The notes: generated by a model not told the origin, from the sequence alone. Shown: positions 46,416 to 56,383, counted from the first letter of the stretch. The stretch: DNA of 64,000 bases from Patescibacteria group bacterium (GCA_040388985.1 JAZKAU010000003.1:110896-174895), one strand, 5' to 3'. Program-made: numbers and translations.

Positions 46416-48944
46416 TTAGGAGACGATCGTCCAGCCTTCGGTAATTAACGGCTCGGCTTTCTTATATTTGAGCGTCTGGGTCTGGCTGCCGTTGCTGATG
46501 GTAACGGTGTCGTTGCGCTCATACTGGGTTCCCTGCTTGACTATCGGTTCTTGGGCGGCTGAGCCGTCGCCGCCTTCAGTAGCCGCAACGAGCTTTGCGC
46601 GCACTTTCGCTTCTTCTTGCTGGATGCGCGTATCGTCGGCAGGCGCGAGGCGCGGCAGCGCCTCGCGGACTTGCGCGGCGATTCCCGCCTGCATGTCCTG
46701 GAAACGCAGGAGGCCTTCGCGGCGATACTCTATCAAAGGGTCACGTTGACCGTAGGCGCGCAATCCCACCGAGCGGCGCAAGTAGTCCATGTACTCGAGG
46801 TGCTCGAGCCAGAAGGTGTCGGTTACCTGGAGGATGAGGCGGCGCAGGAGCTTCGTCCAGGTCTCGGCACCATATTCTGCGCTCTTGGCCTCGAATGCGG
46901 TGCGGGCAGTCTCGTCGTCACCTATCATCTCTAGGACGAGCGCTGAGATCTCCTCGTCAGTGCCCATGAGCGCGGTACGGCGGCTCGCATAGATGGCGAG
47001 GCGCTGGGTGTTGAGGACATCGTCATAGGCGAGGACCTGCTTGCGCGAATCGAAGTTGAAGCCTTCGATTCGCTTCTGCGCGGTTTCAAGCGACTTGGAT
47101 ATCATAGAGCTTCCTATAGGCTCGTCCTCGGCTATCTTGAACGTACCCATGACGCGCTTCAGCATATCGTTCGCGAAGACTCGCATGAGCTTATCCTCGA
47201 GACTCACGTAGAACTGGGTCTCGCCGGGGTCTCCCTGGCGGCCGGAACGGCCGCGCAGCTGATTATCGATGCGGCGCGCCTCATGGCGTTCGGTACCGAT
47301 AACGAAGAGACCGCCAGCGGCCATGACTTGCTCGCGCTCCTCGGGGTCTACGGGCGCGCCGCCGAGCTTGATGTCGACGCCGCGACCGGCGAGGTTAGTG
47401 GCGACCGTGACGCGTCCTGCGCGTCCTGCCTGCGCGATGAGCTCGCCTTCGCGTTCATGATTCTTGGCGTTCAGGACTTCGTGCGGGATCTTCGCTCCGG
47501 TGAGGAATTCGCTTACGACTTCATTGTCCTCGATGGAGACGGTACCTATAAGGACCGGCTGACCCTTCTCGTGGAGCCTGCGCACTTCGCGCGCGAGTGC
47601 CGTGTACTTGCCGTTATTGGTCTGGAAGATGAGATCGTGGTGGTCGACGCGAGCGACGGTCTTATTGGTCGGAATGACGATGACGTCGAGCTTATAGACG
47701 GTATAGAATTCTTCTTCGCTCGAGAGGCCGGTTCCGGTCATACCAGCGAGCGCCTCATACATACGGAAATAGTTCTGGAAGGTGACGCTCGCGAACGTAC
47801 GCGTCTCTTTCTGTACGTCGACGCCCTCCTTAGCCTCTATGGCCTGATGAAGACCCTCGCTCCAACGACGGCCGGGCTGCATGCGGCCAGTGAACTCGTC
47901 GACGATGACTATCTCGCCGTCTTTCACGACATACTCCTTATCCTTCTGGAAGAGCGCCTTGGCCTTCACTGCGGTCTCAAGGTGGTGAGCGAGCTTCATG
48001 CCTCCTTCGGTATAGAGGTTCTCGATGTTCAGCGCGCGCTCGGCCTTCGTGATGCCTTCGTCGGTGAGTTGTATGGCGCGCTGCTTCTCATCTACGGTAT
48101 AGTCTACGCCTTCCTCAAAACTCGTGGCGATGCCTGCGAAGCGGTCATAGAGCTGCTCGGCGTCGCCGGACGGCCCCGAGATGATAAGCGGGGTACGCGC
48201 CTCGTCGATGAGGATGGAGTCGATCTCGTCCACGATCGCGTAATGGTGCCCGCGCTGCACTATCTGAGAAGAGTCGTAGGCGGTGTTGTCGCGCAGATAG
48301 TCGAAGCCGAGCTCGTTATTAGTGGCGTAGGTGATGTCAGCAGCGTAGGCTTCAGTCTTCGTCGCCGGACGCAGGAAGTCGTAGAAGACGCGGAAGGAAC
48401 CAGTCTCGTCACGCGCCGCGTCCTCGCTATCGCTCACGTGCGTACCGTCATAGACATAGGCGCCGGTGGACGTTACGACGCCCACCGTAAGGCCGAGATA
48501 GCCATACACCTGGCCCATCCATGCCGCGTCGCGGCGTGCGAGATAATCGTTGACGGTCACCATATGCACGCCCTTCCCTGCAAGCGCGCGCAGCGTCGCT
48601 GCAAGGGTAGCGACGAGCGTCTTTCCTTCTCCGGTGCGCATCTCGGCGATCTTGCCTTTTGCGAGCGCGAGACCGCCCAAGAGCTGTACGTCGTAGTGCC
48701 GCTCGCCGAGCGTGCGACGCGACGCCTCACGAACGAGCGCGAAGACCTCGGCGATGTCAGCGTCCGTCTCGGGGCTGCCATTCGTGCGAGCGCGCACGGC
48801 GTCCAGGCGCCCTGCGAGCTCTTCCTGGGTTAGAGCTTCGAGTTCGGTAGCCTGGGATCCTGCGAGCGCCACCATGTTCTGCCCCGCCTTAATAAAGGAG
48901 GCGGACTGGTTCTGACTGAATACTTTCCCTAAAAAGCTGGCCAT
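46416..48944 (-). CDS. secA: Preprotein translocase ATPase SecA
   Basis: EMRTGEGKTL, VDEIDSILIDEARTPLIISG, TNLAGRGVDI and RRIDNQLRGRSGRQGDPG. Confidence 0.98.
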   Translation of the reverse strand: MASFLGKVFSQNQSASFIKAGQNMVALAGSQATELEALTQEELAGRLDAVRARTNGSPETDADIAEVFALVREASRRTLGERHYDVQLLGGLALAKGKIAEMRTGEGKTLVATLAATLRALAGKGVHMVTVNDYLARRDAAWMGQVYGYLGLTVGVVTSTGAYVYDGTHVSDSEDAARDETGSFRVFYDFLRPATKTEAYAADITYATNNELGFDYLRDNTAYDSSQIVQRGHHYAIVDEIDSILIDEARTPLIISGPSGDAEQLYDRFAGIATSFEEGVDYTVDEKQRAIQLTDEGITKAERALNIENLYTEGGMKLAHHLETAVKAKALFQKDKEYVVKDGEIVIVDEFTGRMQPGRRWSEGLHQAIEAKEGVDVQKETRTFASVTFQNYFRMYEALAGMTGTGLSSEEEFYTVYKLDVIVIPTNKTVARVDHHDLIFQTNNGKYTALAREVRRLHEKGQPVLIGTVSIEDNEVVSEFLTGAKIPHEVLNAKNHEREGELIAQAGRAGRVTVATNLAGRGVDIKLGGAPVDPEEREQVMAAGGLFVIGTERHEARRIDNQLRGRSGRQGDPGETQFYVSLEDKLMRVFANDMLKRVMGTFKIAEDEPIGSSMISKSLETAQKRIEGFNFDSRKQVLAYDDVLNTQRLAIYASRRTALMGTDEEISALVLEMIGDDETARTAFEAKSAEYGAETWTKLLRRLILQVTDTFWLEHLEYMDYLRRSVGLRAYGQRDPLIEYRREGLLRFQDMQAGIAAQVREALPRLAPADDTRIQQEEAKVRAKLVAATEGGDGSAAQEPIVKQGTQYERNDTVTISNGSQTQTLKYKKAEPLITEGWTIVS

Positions 48945-49085
48945 GTAGGCCGTAGTATACGACTTTGTTTACTTATGAGCAAAGCGAATTAGTAAACAAG
49001 AAGTGCTCTTGTAGTGCCTGAATAAATAGTAGGCAGAAAGCAGCAGGCAGAAGCAGTTTTAAGACAAAAATGACACAGACTCTAA

Positions 49086-49204
49086 AGGCCTCTGAAAAAC
49101 CCGAGATGCAAGGCGCCAGCAAGTGAAAGTTCGAGCCAGACTCGCGCGTGCGGTGAGGACTTGAGCGCAGCTGGTAACGCAGCAGGTCGGGAAACCAGAG
49201 GGCT
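49086..49204 (+). mobile_element. About 120-bp MITE-like element, copy 2
   Basis: Inverted ends aggcctctg/cagagggct; the internal gaaaaacccga.at.caaggcg...cggtga...aacgcag.ag.tcggg pattern is shared with 7933-8055. Confidence 0.65.
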
Positions 49205-49213
49205 CACACAAAA

Positions 49214-49247
49214 GCAAAAGCCGCTCCCCGAAGGGAGCGGCTTTTGC
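49214..49247 (-). terminator. Intrinsic terminator of the histone-like gene
   Basis: Minus strand gcaaaagccgctccc-TTCG-gggagcggcttttgc followed by ttttg. Confidence 0.8.
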
Positions 49248-49257
49248 GGCCGAAAAA

Positions 49258-49431
49258 CTATTTGCGGCGCTTGACTGCCTTGCGCTTTGCAGGCTTCTTG
49301 ACTGCCTTCTTGACGGTCTTCTTTACTGCTTTCTTCACGGTCTTCTTGACTGCCTTGCGAACCGTCTTCTTTGCAGGCTTCTTTACTGCCTTCTTGACGG
49401 CCTTCTTGGCGGTCTTTCGTTTTGCTGCCAT
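49258..49431 (-). CDS. Small Lys/Ala-rich histone H1-like protein (57 aa)
   Basis: MAAKRKTAKKAVKKAVKKPAKKTVRKAVKK...; followed by its own terminator. Confidence 0.8.
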   Translation of the reverse strand: MAAKRKTAKKAVKKAVKKPAKKTVRKAVKKTVKKAVKKTVKKAVKKPAKRKAVKRRK

Positions 49432-49706
49432 AGGTCTGTGAGTGAAATTGACTATTGCTAATACTCGACCCACACGCGCACAAATCATTCCTCAAGGCGT
49501 TCTCAAGAAATAATTTGTGCGCGAATGTGTTCTGTATCTATTATTACGTGCAAAAATAATTTTTGTACGCAAAAAAACAATTGTGTGGATAACTTTTAAA
49601 AAAAATTTTAGAAATCTTCATCACTCCGAAGAGCTACGACACGCTTTCAGATTTATTTTAAGAAAAGACTAATTAGATTTGATGGATGTCTTCGCATACT
49701 TTAGGG

Positions 49707-50093
49707 ATGAAATTATTTACTGAATGGCTCCTTCTTAAGAGGCAACTACACGAACGTACGCATCGCCCACCCTATGTGTCGGAAAGAGATATGTGGTGGA
49801 TCAGTATCGGAGAGAATGTTGAGCATGAGATAGATGGTAAAAGCGCCCGATTTACCAGACCAGCCCTTATTCTCAAGAAGCTCGGCTGTGGATTCTATCT
49901 TGTGGCACCGACTACTACCCAAAGGCATGTTGGTAGCTGGTATGTGTGCGTTCGGCTCGGCAAGACTGAGGAATATGTATGTCTTAACCAGATCAGGACC
50001 CTGGATTATCGTCGCGTGTATTCAAAGCTAGGTCAGATAGATACGAATGATTTTCGGAGAGTAAAAGAGGGGTTCAATAACCTTTATATATGA
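49707..50093 (+). CDS. PemK/MazF-like toxin family protein, orphan
   Basis: ERDMWWISIGENVEHEIDGK..F.RPALILKK, PTTTQ and LNQIRTLDYRR; AT-rich. Confidence 0.8.
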   Translation: MKLFTEWLLLKRQLHERTHRPPYVSERDMWWISIGENVEHEIDGKSARFTRPALILKKLGCGFYLVAPTTTQRHVGSWYVCVRLGKTEEYVCLNQIRTLDYRRVYSKLGQIDTNDFRRVKEGFNNLYI

Positions 50094-50216
50094 ACGTGTT
50101 CCGCCGCCCTTGCGGGCGGCGGTCGCGGCTAATGCCGAAGGCCTTGAACCTCAAGGCGTATTAGTAGGATACGAGATGCGATATGTAGAGTCAATAGATA
50201 TAAACTTACAAATGAG

Positions 50217-51239
50217 TTATGCGAGCGTGCGCACTTCGCGTTCGGCAGTGATGCCGGTAGCCTCAAAGAGCCGGCGCGCAATCTCGAGCGCGAGCGCGTC
50301 CACATCGCGCGCCGTCGCGCCGCTCGATGTCGTGAGTACGAGCGTCTGCGCCGGCCACACGAATGCCTGTCCCACGCGCAAGTCGCGTAAGTCGAGGACA
50401 CCGTGCCGATAATCGAGGAGCCAGGCGATGGGGACTTTTACGCCGCCTTCAGGCATCGGGAAGAGCGGCATGCCCGGATACTTCGCGGCGATGAGTTGCG
50501 CTTGGCTCTCCTGCAGCACAGGATTCAGGAAGAACGAGCCTGCTGTGCCATACGCCCTAAGATCGGGGAATTTCTTCGCGCGTATGGACCGGACGGCGTC
50601 GCGGATATCGCACAGCGCAGGCTCGGGTGCATCTTTGAAGTATTCCGCGATATCGCGATAGTCGAGAGAAGGTTGCGGAATACTCGCGAGCGCGAGCGTC
50701 ACGCGCACGACGATGAGCTCGCCGGAGCGACGCTTGAATACGCTGTCCCGGTATCCGAAGGCGCACGACTCTCGATCAAGCGTATGGAACGTGTCGGTCG
50801 TCGTGTCATATGCGTCGACGCTGGTAACGCAGTCCGCGAAGACGGCGCCGTAGGCGCCGATATTCTGGACAGCTGCACTGCCCACAGTGCCGGGAATGCC
50901 TGCGAGGTTCTCAAGGCCCCACAATCCTTTCTCTGTCGTCTGCGTCACGAGCGTATCCCAAGAAACGCCCGCGCCCACCGTGACGAAGGTCAGATCTTCT
51001 TTCTCTTCGTATTCGATACCAGGAATGGCTATCTTAAGGATAGCTTTCTCGATAGGCTCGTCGCTCGCAAGGACATTGCTTCCCTCTCCAAGCGGATACG
51101 TCGCGAGCCCCTGCTCACGCGCGCGCCTTACTGCCTGCGGTACATCCTCCGCCGACTCGCAGGTAATGAAGAGCCGCACTGGCCCTCCTATCTTGAAGGT
51201 GGTGTGGTCCTTGAGCGGAATCTCCTCTTCTACTATCAT
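50217..51239 (-). CDS. murB: UDP-N-acetylmuramate dehydrogenase
   Basis: TTFKIGG, LGEGSNVL, GLENLAGIPGTVG.A.VQNIGAYG, FGYRDS.FK and AGSFF.NP. Confidence 0.95.
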   Translation of the reverse strand: MIVEEEIPLKDHTTFKIGGPVRLFITCESAEDVPQAVRRAREQGLATYPLGEGSNVLASDEPIEKAILKIAIPGIEYEEKEDLTFVTVGAGVSWDTLVTQTTEKGLWGLENLAGIPGTVGSAAVQNIGAYGAVFADCVTSVDAYDTTTDTFHTLDRESCAFGYRDSVFKRRSGELIVVRVTLALASIPQPSLDYRDIAEYFKDAPEPALCDIRDAVRSIRAKKFPDLRAYGTAGSFFLNPVLQESQAQLIAAKYPGMPLFPMPEGGVKVPIAWLLDYRHGVLDLRDLRVGQAFVWPAQTLVLTTSSGATARDVDALALEIARRLFEATGITAEREVRTLA

Positions 51240-51273
51240 CGCTCTAAATATAGCCTGCTTGGCCCGGTACGTC

Positions 51274-51738
51274 CTAGGGCGTAGGAGGTGCGACAGGATA
51301 GTCCCTCTTTAGATCAAGATCTTTCCAGGAAACTTGCTCACGACGGACGAATCGTTCTACAGCCTCCCTATAATTGGCAAAGAATGCCTGTACCTTAGGA
51401 GTTGTGTACATTTCTGAGATTTCTTTGGGAGTAAAGAATCCAATAGCCTGACCTTCTCCCAAAGCAAGCCTCTCAACTTCGTCGTCTGTAAGATACGCAT
51501 AGAAACGAGCTGCCACATCGCTGTGTCCGAGATACGTAAGCCCCGCCGGGATGATCCCGATTTCTTCCTTACACTCTCTTCTCATGGCCTCTTCAAAAGA
51601 CTCGCCTTCATCTATCCCTCCTCCGACAAGTCCCCAGAGATTCGGATTCGTTATACCTTGCTTGTCATCACGAAGTTGCAGCAAGAATGTACCTTCGTGG
51701 ATGAGAAGCGCACCTACGCCTTTGATATCAGGTTCCAT
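51274..51738 (-). CDS. NUDIX hydrolase
   Basis: LLQLRDDK...WGLVGG and the Nudix box GGIDEGESFEEAMRRECKEEIG. Confidence 0.88.
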   Translation of the reverse strand: MEPDIKGVGALLIHEGTFLLQLRDDKQGITNPNLWGLVGGGIDEGESFEEAMRRECKEEIGIIPAGLTYLGHSDVAARFYAYLTDDEVERLALGEGQAIGFFTPKEISEMYTTPKVQAFFANYREAVERFVRREQVSWKDLDLKRDYPVAPPTP

Positions 51739-52196
51739 GCAATCTTAGTGGACGCAAGCCATTCCTTCCATACAGGCTCCAGTCCGATCTCTCCGTGTTC
51801 GGTTTGAACCACTGCGCTCGCAAGAAGACTCGACATCTGGCCGGGATCGCACCAAAGATGTCCGCGCGTCTCGTCTTCGCTCGCGTGCACCTCTCCCGTC
51901 GTCTCAGCGGTATAGATCCTCCAGTAATGCCAGTCGCCACCTCTGCGACACGGATTCTCTTTCCTGCCTTCAAGCACGAGCGTAAGCGTGGTCGCTGTAA
52001 GTCCTGTCTCTTCCCGAAGCTCATCTATCGCTGCCTTCTGGTAGCGCGCTTCTTCAGAAGCGCTAGCGGCGCCGTGGTCGTCAACGTGCCCGCTTGGTGC
52101 AGCGAGTCCGTACGGCGGCTTCTTGCGGTCTATGAGTAGCAACTTCCCTTCCCTGAAAGCCAAGACGCCGACACTCGTGTGGTCGCAAGGCTGCAT
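51714..52196 (-). CDS. NUDIX hydrolase with an insertion in the Nudix box
   Basis: APSGHVDDHG[AASASEEARY]QKAAIDELREETGL. Confidence 0.82.
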   Translation of the reverse strand: MQPCDHTSVGVLAFREGKLLLIDRKKPPYGLAAPSGHVDDHGAASASEEARYQKAAIDELREETGLTATTLTLVLEGRKENPCRRGGDWHYWRIYTAETTGEVHASEDETRGHLWCDPGQMSSLLASAVVQTEHGEIGLEPVWKEWLASTKIAWNLISKA

Positions 52197-52199
52197 AGA

Positions 52200-52592
52200 T
52201 TACTTGAGCTTACCCGCAAGCTCTGCAGGCGTCTTCGCATACCCGTCGAACAATATGTCGCGACATACTTCCTCGTCCTTGTCTGAGAGCGCGTACACAG
52301 GCTTGCCGAGCGCGACCGCGTAGCCTATCTCGAGCGTCACGCTGTTCCCGCTATATCCGTCCTTATTGAATATGAACGTGGCATCTGCTTTCCGGATCTT
52401 CTGGAAGTGGTCATAGGTGAGGCCCATGGCGATGAACTTCTTATTGTGATCCGTGATCTTCTCGAGGCCGCCGTAATGATAGGTATAGTAATGGGCTGTG
52501 TAGACCGTGATACCGAGCTTCCGGAGCTTGTCTGCGAAGGCGAGCGCCTCTTTCGCGAAGCGGTTACTCGAGCTTATCGTGACCGATTTCAT
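52200..52592 (-). CDS. Nucleoside 2-deoxyribosyltransferase-like protein
   Basis: HFQKIRKADATFIFN..GY.G.SVTLEIGYAVALGKPVY. Confidence 0.7.
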   Translation of the reverse strand: MKSVTISSSNRFAKEALAFADKLRKLGITVYTAHYYTYHYGGLEKITDHNKKFIAMGLTYDHFQKIRKADATFIFNKDGYSGNSVTLEIGYAVALGKPVYALSDKDEEVCRDILFDGYAKTPAELAGKLK

Positions 52593-52646
52593 GCCGGAAT
52601 CATAGCACGACTCCACTTAAAGATACCTGTTTCCTCTCCTCCTTGA

Positions 52647-53219
52647 TTATCCCTCCTGATCTGCCAAATGAGGATAGTAGGTTCTAATGATTCCTTCTCT
52701 ATGTTCTTTAAATGGTCCGAGTCCGACCGACGCTCTTCGTTCGTCGATGTGCTCAATATCTTCAATCGGTTGCGGCCCATACGCGACGACTATTTGTCTT
52801 GTCGCCGCATCTCGAGTCTCATGAAATTGCGTTCCATATAACTGAAGCCGTCCAGTATTGACACGGACACGATCTTCTAGAAATGCGGTGTCTCGCACCT
52901 CTACTTCATCTGGAGACTCGGCCTTCATAAGACTAAGACAGTGCTCTTGAAATCCGGAGTCGTGATCTGCATGCTGGACAATAGTCCATGCGGCATGCGC
53001 TGCCTCTTTCCCGACTTTTGAAATTGTTGGCCACCCTATCTCTGCAATGACACTTCTCATCCTTTCCGTATTCTCTCGATCAACATTCTCATCCCATATT
53101 GAATCATCCTTGAGATTGCTACTACGCATGTCCTGGTCCGTTGCATACCGGGCGAGAATCTCCACGGCAAGTTTGGGGTATTGAACAACCCCTTCTCTTC
53201 CTTGATAAGCCTCACTCAT
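52647..53219 (-). CDS. DUF6624-like protein
   Basis: DQDMR, GWPTISKVG...AW.IVQHAD, A.LEDRV.V..GR.QLYGTQ and DERRASVGL. Confidence 0.75.
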   Translation of the reverse strand: MSEAYQGREGVVQYPKLAVEILARYATDQDMRSSNLKDDSIWDENVDRENTERMRSVIAEIGWPTISKVGKEAAHAAWTIVQHADHDSGFQEHCLSLMKAESPDEVEVRDTAFLEDRVRVNTGRLQLYGTQFHETRDAATRQIVVAYGPQPIEDIEHIDERRASVGLGPFKEHREGIIRTYYPHLADQEG

Positions 53220-53286
53220 TAAGGAGATACTAGCAGACTGAATCCTGACCCGCACGGAGCGAGATTATCTCGTGCGTGAGCGGAAC

Positions 53287-55443
53287 TTATTTCGTTATGC
53301 CCAGCTGCTGCAATACCGCCGCACCTTGGCTCGCTGATTCTGGATGCGCCGCGATAGTCGCGTTCACCTGCGCGACCGCGTCCGCGCGGCGGCCGGCTGC
53401 GGAATAGATAGCGGCGAGCTGGAAGCCGGTCGCCGCATCATTCTGCTGCGCAAGATGCGCCTTCACGATGCTGATGAGATCGTCCCAGTCCTGTATCTGG
53501 TAGTACGCGAGCAGGAGGATGGACTGATTGAGCGTCGTGGTGCCGAAGGTCTGCGCAAGGAGCGCCTTTCCGCCAGCGACATCATGCTGCGCGATGAGGC
53601 TCCCCGCGATAAACGGAACGATGTCGGTATCGTGAGTGTCGAGCGCATACGCATCCTTGAAGAATGTCTCGGCGCCGGCATAGTCGTTCGACTGGAAAGC
53701 TTCGAGTCCTTGTTCGAGGATGATGGTCTGCTTGCGCGGCGAGAGCTCGCGGGCGCGGGCGCTCTCGGCCTGCGCGTCCTTGATGCGTCCTATGCTGCGC
53801 AGCAAGAGCGCGTACTGCACGTGCAGGCGAGCGTCCAGAGGCGTATCGGCGAGCTGCCGCTGCATCTCCTGTACGGCATAGGTCGCGACCTCGGCACGCT
53901 GTGCGTCAGGAACGCTGGCATTGCTTGCCACCGTCGGAGCGAAGTTCGCGAGCTGCTCGGCGATTTCCTGGTGCGCGAAGGAGCCGTCGTTCACTGCCTT
54001 CTTGAAGTAGCCCAGTCGTGCGGCCGCGTCATTGGATGGCGTGAGCGCGCCGATGAGATCACCGCCCGCGCTTACGCTCGGCACGTTCACGAACCATATG
54101 ACAAGGATGACGACTACCGCCGCGAGAGGCGCTATGACGGTAGTGAGAGGCGCCTTCCCTACTTCAGGCCAACGCTCCATAAGTGCTATCGGACGCGAAC
54201 GGACCTTGTGCGCCATGGCGAGGATGGCGACGAACGGAAGATAGGTGAAAAGGTTATCGAAGACGACAAGACCCTGGATCACGTAGCCGGTGAGCGCTGC
54301 AAGCAGGAAGATACGTTCTGAACGGGACACAGGCGCGCGATAGAGGCCGTAGGCGGCCGAGAGTAGTACGGCGAGGAAGAGGAGGAGCGCGGGGATGCCG
54401 CCAGCGACCGCCCAATCGAGGAACATATCGTGAGCCCGGTCGAACCACGGCTCCTGTCCGTACATCGACGGTTCGTAGTAGGTATTAAATACGTAGTTGT
54501 AGCCCTCCTGACCCCAACCGGTGACCGGGCGCGCCTGTATGCCCTCCACTGCCATGTGCCAGATAGTGAAGCGCGTCCCGAGCGCTTGCTTTAGCGAGAA
54601 GGCAGAGGCGAGACGATCGAGATTCGGGCTGGCGTGCACGAAGGCGCTATTGCGCACTGCGAAGAGTCCGCCCACCAGAAGTACGAGTACGGCAAAGAGC
54701 GCGACGGCGCCTTTCCTTCCCCGCTTTCCGGCTTCAAGCATCCACAGTACGCTGCCGACGACTCCCGCGCCGATAAGGGCTATGAAGCTGCCGCGCGTGC
54801 CGGTCTGGAAGAGCACGACGAGTTCGAGCGCGGCAAGGACGAAGAGTCCGTACTTGAGCCACGCGTAGTCTTTGCCACGCGTCTCGAATGCCTGCCAGAG
54901 CGCGATGGCGATGGCGAAGAGAAGATACCCGGCGAGATACTCTGCATTGCCGAGCGTCGAGTCGATGCGATCCGCGCTCTGGCTGATAGTAGCCATACCT
55001 GTCATCTGCATGAGTCCGTAGACCGTCACGAGCGCTGCGCCTCCCGTAAACGCAAGCCACCACTTCCGCCAGAGGGTATCGACTGACAGGATGGAGCTGG
55101 CGACCAGCATGAAGAGATAGAGGTGAATCAGGGTTATCCAGCCGTCCATGCGTTCGAAGTTGCTCCAGAAGGCCTTGTGCGGGTTCACGGCAAAGAATAC
55201 GGCGATAAGCATCCAGAAGACGAAGGTCTTGTACCAGGCGAGCGTCCAGGAGAATCGCGGACGGTAGCGGCGATCGGCGAACGCGAGTATGGTCCAGGCA
55301 CCGAACGCTATCTCGACCAAGACGCGGAAGAAGAAGTTCTTGCCGGTGATGAAGGGAAAGTAGGAGCCATTAGCTACATATAAGGAGAGGAACGGAATGG
55401 CGAACAGGGCGACGACGGCGACCCACCAGGCAACTTTTTTCAT
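53287..55443 (-). CDS. O-antigen ligase (Wzy_C/WaaL-like) family membrane protein with C-terminal TPR-like helices
   Basis: More than 10 hydrophobic segments; STLGNAEYLAGY, TRGS, R..IW, RP.TGWG, DRAHDMFLDW...GIP and a helical C-terminus. Confidence 0.88.
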   Translation of the reverse strand: MKKVAWWVAVVALFAIPFLSLYVANGSYFPFITGKNFFFRVLVEIAFGAWTILAFADRRYRPRFSWTLAWYKTFVFWMLIAVFFAVNPHKAFWSNFERMDGWITLIHLYLFMLVASSILSVDTLWRKWWLAFTGGAALVTVYGLMQMTGMATISQSADRIDSTLGNAEYLAGYLLFAIAIALWQAFETRGKDYAWLKYGLFVLAALELVVLFQTGTRGSFIALIGAGVVGSVLWMLEAGKRGRKGAVALFAVLVLLVGGLFAVRNSAFVHASPNLDRLASAFSLKQALGTRFTIWHMAVEGIQARPVTGWGQEGYNYVFNTYYEPSMYGQEPWFDRAHDMFLDWAVAGGIPALLLFLAVLLSAAYGLYRAPVSRSERIFLLAALTGYVIQGLVVFDNLFTYLPFVAILAMAHKVRSRPIALMERWPEVGKAPLTTVIAPLAAVVVILVIWFVNVPSVSAGGDLIGALTPSNDAAARLGYFKKAVNDGSFAHQEIAEQLANFAPTVASNASVPDAQRAEVATYAVQEMQRQLADTPLDARLHVQYALLLRSIGRIKDAQAESARARELSPRKQTIILEQGLEAFQSNDYAGAETFFKDAYALDTHDTDIVPFIAGSLIAQHDVAGGKALLAQTFGTTTLNQSILLLAYYQIQDWDDLISIVKAHLAQQNDAATGFQLAAIYSAAGRRADAVAQVNATIAAHPESASQGAAVLQQLGITK

Positions 55444-55488
55444 ATGCGCGTAGTATACCACCACCCTAATTCTTACTGCGTAGCTATG

Positions 55489-56163
55489 TCAGACACTCTC
55501 AACAGGAGCATCCTTTCTCGTCCAATTCTCCCAATTAAACGTATACATATAGGTCGGGCGATGCGTCAGCGACAATTTCTTCCGTATATCACGCATGCGT
55601 CTTTTCGCGTCAGGCACAAAATTATGAAACTGTATCTGTAGATCCGTAATGTCTTTGACGGTACCGGATGCGATGAGGTGCTCAAGTAACTCGTACTCAC
55701 CTCCCTCTATGTTTATCTTCATGAGATCTATGTGGGAAATGTCGTGTTTCTGTAAGAAGGGAGTCGCTGCTTCCAACGCTACAGTCTCCTGAGACTTACC
55801 GGTCACCGCTTCTTCAAACACTGAAGAGCTTTCCGCGCTTTGAGACATGAGAGCGGTGCGGGTCGTGCCGGCGAGACCTGCCTTATATACCGTAATCTCG
55901 GGGTTATTCTCGAATTTCTTCGCAAGCTGATCGAACTGTTCCGCTATCGGTTCGAAGATGTGTATCTGCGGCTGATAGAGCGCGTGGATGCGTTCTGCCC
56001 AGGTTCCTTCATATCCACCAACGTCGAAGACAACGGAGGAAGGATTCAGGTCGTAGGTATAGCGGAGATTCCTCTCGTGCGCATCTGTCCACCTCCACGT
56101 GCCCCACCGTATGCCGAGCTTGCTCAGAGAGTGACGTACGCGATAGGCGCCTCTAATGGTCAT
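55489..56163 (-). CDS. FkbM family methyltransferase
   Basis: VVFDVGGYEG, FEP, IDLMKINIEGGEY and QIQFH. Confidence 0.88.
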   Translation of the reverse strand: MTIRGAYRVRHSLSKLGIRWGTWRWTDAHERNLRYTYDLNPSSVVFDVGGYEGTWAERIHALYQPQIHIFEPIAEQFDQLAKKFENNPEITVYKAGLAGTTRTALMSQSAESSSVFEEAVTGKSQETVALEAATPFLQKHDISHIDLMKINIEGGEYELLEHLIASGTVKDITDLQIQFHNFVPDAKRRMRDIRKKLSLTHRPTYMYTFNWENWTRKDAPVESV

Positions 56164-56383
56164 AGTAGAATTATAAAGGCTTTGGCATCTATTTGGAAGG
56201 AGCCAGAGATCCAATACGGTTCATGTATCTTCCATCGAATAAGTATAGGGACGCTCTGATGGCGTGATATTCGAAGAGGCTGATATAGGAAGGAGCTCGT
56301 AGCTGAAACTTTCAAAGGATAGAGGTAGTATACTGTCTATATAACGGGTATGAGAAAGGAATGGGCTAATTAATTCATTATTT

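Noticed and set aside
47283-48833. 516-aa + strand ORF, and similar long antisense ORFs over murB, waaL-like and the monooxygenase
   Set aside because: These are codon-aligned antisense shadows of conserved genes such as secA.
49500-49680. Replication origin (oriC)
   Set aside because: Only one clear DnaA box, no dnaA/dnaN nearby, and no switch in predominant gene orientation at this point.
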